DNA from: Vicugna vicugna
Taxonomy: Eukaryota
Assembly: GCA_013265495.1 (NCBI GenBank)
Contig: MU058665.1
Span: forward strand, 1-57,049
Direction: 5' to 3'
DNA: 57,049 nt
Made by a program: the position numbers and the translations under genes. The notes beneath the pieces are model-generated. The model saw only the letters and a program-made list of their open reading frames with translations. It was not told the origin of the DNA and did no database searches. Positions 52,976-57,049 of this stretch are shown here, piece by piece (within the stretch, counting starts at the first letter, position 1; each line of letters begins with the position of its first letter).

Positions 52976-53717
52976 TTACCAGTGAAATGAAAGCCGAAGT
53001 GTTCACAAAACGTTTTCACATAGCTATTTTATTTAAGTATCTACCAAAAACATCCGTATGGTTAATAGCAATATTCCCATTTGATAATGAGAAAATTCAG
53101 TCCTACTATGAAGGTAAACAAATGTCTTTTTCAGTAAGACAAATAATTCACTCTGCTCAGTTTCTCCCTGACAGTAGCATTAAGGAATGTTTTGTGAATA
53201 AATATGATTATCTACCACCAAACGTGTACAACACTTGGATAAACATATATTCCTTAGTAACATGATATAGAATCATCATCATTTTATTGGTCTAGACCTG
53301 TCTTAAATTAACTACATGTTTATTTTAGCTTGTATAATTTCTTGGGACCTAGATTTAGTCCTATTGATTTAAAACAGAACTTCCTTTCACGTATCCTAAA
53401 ACATCATCTTGCTTCATAATTGAAAATAAATGGATTTTCATAATTGAAAATTCCCCTTTTAATTTGCATTATTTCTATCTTCAGTGGAACACCTTCATTA
53501 ATTTAGTAACATCTAAATTTTCTTTATTAGATAATGGAAATTATGTGTCCGTAATATAAGTATCAGTATACAGGACAAAGTACTCGAGATGAGAAATCAG
53601 GGTGGATTTGTTATGGAACTATGTGTTTCAGTGTATGACTTTGTGTGTGTGTGTACAACTTCAATTTTTTTTTCAATCTAAATGTCATCTGTTAGCACTC
53701 ACTCTATTTCCTCTTAG

Positions 53718-53839
53718 TCCCGAGAGAGCTTAAGGCAATTTCTCCTTTGGTACTTTTATTAATATGCCTTAAATAACAGTGTCAGTGTGTTCAATCATGG
53801 AACACCTCTTCTAGTTTGCTTTAAAAATCTGTAAAATAG
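53718..53839 (+). pseudogene. Relic B exon: SRESLRQFLLWYFY*YALNNSVSVFNHGTPLLVCFKNL*N
   Basis: Acceptor ctctatttcctcttag; donor AG|gtaagt; phase 0>2. Confidence 0.5.
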
Positions 53840-54759
53840 GTAAGTATGAAGCTTCAAATGCTTATGACCTCAAAGTAAGATCTGACATTTAGAATGTATG
53901 TCAAGTGTTCTACTGCTGGTTTGACACACATCAACATAGAATTTCTAAACAATTTTAGCCACTAGGCACCAAAAAATTAACCTTTAAATCTGCTTTTCAT
54001 ACTCATTGCATGTTTTTCTACTTAAGGGTATAGAGCTTTACATAATATCGAGCATGATACGAATTTTAAAAGCCCAAACCATAGCCTCATTTCACTTTTA
54101 ACAAAGTCTTTTGTCAGTTTTGTTGCTATTTCAGCAAGAAGAGAATAGAGATCAGAATTTAAGTCCTATTTCCACATCATAATTAATGGTTTGGGGCATT
54201 TTAGTAATCTTTTTTGTGAGTTAATTTCTACATTAAAAAGAAGTTAATAATTACACAAAAATGTCCACGAACCCAAATTACAATGATCATCACAGTGTGT
54301 GAGCCATTTCAAAACTTCAAAACCAAGCACTGAACTCACTGAACTATAAAATGGTATTGATGGGCAAAGGTCACCTGCATATGATTTCCTTATAAACTAA
54401 AGCGAAACTGATTGTGTATCACCTCTCCTAAAGCTTAGAAACATACAACCCCTCTCCTCCTATTTCTAGCCCATCTCTTTCCATGTTGCAGCTTTTTCCT
54501 TCTTTGACTCACATTTTCTCAATCAAGCCAGTGCTACTCCCTGCGGTAATAAGTAAAGCAATTACTTTAACCAAGATCTGTAACACTACTATAACTCTTC
54601 GCATAGACAGCATCCGTTATGTCTTTTTAGACAGCTTTCTAAGACTGTCTGTCTCTTCCATTTTGTATTATAATCCCTGAATCAAAGAATTCTTCTATTG
54701 TTGTTTTGCCTTTCTAAACTAATTGCCTACTTTATGTAATAATGAAAACTTTTCATGCA

Positions 54760-56870
54760 ATTTTATTTAAAATATATGAAATGAGAAAATGCCCAGATCT
54801 CTTAAAATTTGAGATCAAGGTTATTTAGAAGTTAGTTGAGAAAAAAATTGAAAAATAAATCCTTTCCTGAAAAGATGTAGCAAAAAATAAATGAACATAA
54901 TCATGTCATTTGAAAATAGCGACAGCTTTGTGTCTTCTTTTGTTAATTTATTCTGTGCGCATGTATATGTATGTGTGTAGCTATTTTTTCTCCCTGCAGT
55001 ATTGAACTGGCTGGTAGCTCCAGTAAAATATTGAATAGAAGTATTTGGAGTGGGTACCTTTGCCTTACTCCAAAATTATTTGTACATAGAAAATCCAAAG
55101 CAATCTTCAGATAATCTATTGCAGTAAAAAGGAATTTAACAAGGTCATAAGATACAAAGTAAAAAAAAAAAAATCAGTTGTATTTGTATACCCAAGCAGT
55201 GAAAACTTAGAAAAGGAAATTTAAAACAGTATTATTTACAATAGCCTAAGAATAAAACAACTGAGAATAAACCTAATAAAAGATTTGCAAGACCTCTACA
55301 CTAAAAATCATGAAACATGGCTGAAAGAAATTCAAGAAAATCTAAGTTAAGGAATACCATGTTCATTGACTTAAACACTCAATATTGTTAAGATGTCCAG
55401 TCTCCTCAAATTAATATATAGATTAAGTACAACTCTCTACCAAAATTTCAACAGCCTTATCGTAAAAAAAAAAAAGTTTGCAAATAACAAACGTTGGAGA
55501 AGATGTGGGGAAAAGGAAACTTCATACACTATGGTGGGAACATAAATTTGCACAGCCACTATGGAAAACGGTATGGATGTTCTTTGAAAAAAACTAAAAA
55601 TACAACTGCCATATTATCTAGCAATTCCACTCCTAAAAAAAAACTCCTCTAATTCAAAAAGATACATGCACTCCAATGTTCATAGCAGAACTGTTTACAA
55701 TAGCCTAGATATGGAAACAACCCAAGTGCCCATCAATAGGTGATCAGATTACCAAGACGTGATGTGTATGCATGTGTGTTTATTTATATAGAGACAGGGC
55801 TAGAGATAAAGACATATAATGGAGTACTACCCAGCCATAAAAAGAATAAAGTACTGCCATTTGCAGCAATGTGGATGGACCTACAGAATATTACACTTAA
55901 TGAAAAAGTCATATAGAGAAAGACAACCAATATGTATCATTTACATTTGGAATAAAAAATACAAAGGAATGTATATGCAAAACAGATAAGACTCATCGAC
56001 ACAGAAAACAAACTTGTGGTTACCAAAGGGGAGAGTGAAGAGAAGAAGGACAAATTAGGGGTATGAGATTAAAAGATACAAACCACTATGCATAAAATAG
56101 ATAAGCAACAAGGATTTACTGTATTTCACAGGGAATTATACCCAAAATCTTATAATAACCTACAATGGAATATAATCTGCAAAAATACTGAATCACTATG
56201 CTCTATACCTAAAACTAACACAATAGTGCAAATCAGCTATACATCAATTAACAAAATTTGAGCAGCCTATTTAGAATAGACAAAATAAATCTAAAATTTA
56301 TATGCAAATGCCCAAAGACATAGAATAGTCAAATATACTTTTAAATGAAGAAAAATACTGGAAGATTTATTATCCAAGGGAAGTGAAGACACATGCCTAC
56401 AAAATATTTGTACAGCAATAGACATCCTTTTTCATAATAGCCAAGAAATGAAAATAACACAAATATCCATCAAAAGAGGACTGAATAAAACATAATATTT
56501 CCACACATTTATACAATGAAATACTAATCAGCAATAAAAAGAATCACTTTTGACTCATCCAGCAATGCAAAGAAATCCCCAAAATAATAAGGAAAAGCAG
56601 TCACTCAAAACCAGTTCAAACCATAAGATTTCAATTATATTCAATCAAAATACAGGCACCCTCATCTATTTTGATAATGTTTGGTAGCGAAGGGAGTATG
56701 AAGGGTTGGGAAGAGTTATAAATTGTATATATATATATTTGGGGGTATAAAAATTGTCTGTGTCTTGCTTTATGCAATTGTTATAAAGGTTCATACAACT
56801 GTCAAAAACTTAAAAACTGTAAGATCTGTGCATTTTCCTAAATAATGATTTTATGTCAATAAAACAAATT
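54760..56870. mobile_element. Nested L1s: younger L1 3' end (55461-56252, +) inside older L1M fragments
   Basis: Degenerate TSD caaaatttcaacagcct / caaaatttgagcagcct at about 55441 and 56253; L1 3'UTR motifs. Confidence 0.85.
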
Positions 56871-57049
56871 TAAATAATTAAACATATAAAGCATGCAGCA
56901 TGGGTCTTGGCACACAGTTAAAAAAAAAAAACCCTTAATCTTTTCTGCTGAATAAGCGGCATATTGCCTAGGACCAGGAGTCAAAGTCTGAACACTGCTG
57001 CCCACTGCATCTTTGCATCCGTGTCACCAAGGAAAGCACAACACAGTCA

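Larger units (their letters stand above)
682..53839 (+). pseudogene. Unprocessed multi-exon pseudogene relic B (about 11 exons, about 620 codons visible, unknown protein)
   Basis: Exons with phase in>out: 682-716 (0>2), 3074-3101 (2>0), 3191-3318 (0>2), 11834-11926 (2>2), 12439-12635 (2>1), 19361-20044 (1>1), 21925-22056 (1>1, copies at 22281-22412 and 24649-24780), 29803-29975 (1>0), 42467-42695 (0>1), 48363-48418 (1>0), 53718-53839 (0>2). All are AG/GT-bounded and the chain needs no frameshift. About 23 in-frame stops by hand count. Confidence 0.5.
18240..54396 (-). pseudogene. Unprocessed multi-exon pseudogene relic A (about 16 exons, about 720 codons visible, unknown protein)
   Basis: Exons in transcript order with phase in>out: 54340-54396 (2>2), 52980-53023 (2>1), 52120-52247 (1>0), 47735-47920 (0>0), 46546-46613 (0>2), 45950-46014 (2>1), 45362-45471 (1>0), 42059-42326 (0>2, one frameshift), 41845-41976 (2>2), 39789-40052 (2>0, one frameshift), 39405-39484 (0>2), 26653-26690 (2>1), 21128-21230 (1>2), 20766-20974 (2>1), 19114-19216 (1>2), ~18240-18594 (2>end). 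All acceptors are AG and most donors are GT; three donors are decayed (52119, 45949, 19113). About 23 in-frame stops by hand count. Confidence 0.65.

Noticed and set aside
18240..54396. Gene names considered for relic A (C12orf40/REDIC1, CCDC144/ANKRD26, C3orf20/ERICH6, NEK5, CCDC7)
   Set aside because: Only vague short-motif resemblance from memory and no convincing alignment, so no symbol was assigned.

Overview
AT-rich mammalian genomic DNA, most likely camelid (alpaca/camel), inferred from a tRNA-derived SINE and the L1 3' ends. It has one 377-N assembly gap and much transposon debris (L1, L2, MIR, MaLR/ERVL LTRs, an ERVL gag-pol remnant, a Tigger MITE). I see no intact protein-coding gene, and almost all tracked ORFs are spurious or repeat-derived. 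The non-repeat islands do thread by hand into two multi-exon, splice-phase-consistent, nonsense-riddled gene relics on opposite strands: about 16 exons on the minus strand (54.4 to 18.2 kb) and about 11 on the plus strand (0.7 to 53.8 kb). Their exons interdigitate over about 35 kb, and I cannot name either gene. Other notable structure: a chain of staggered head-to-tail duplications (21.5-28.7 kb), a CpG island built partly from a GC-shifted old ERVL LTR (29.2-30.6 kb), and a 458-bp L1 head-plus-tail element flanked by a perfect 17-bp target-site duplication. Repeat family names are from memory of consensus sequences and need RepeatMasker/Dfam confirmation.
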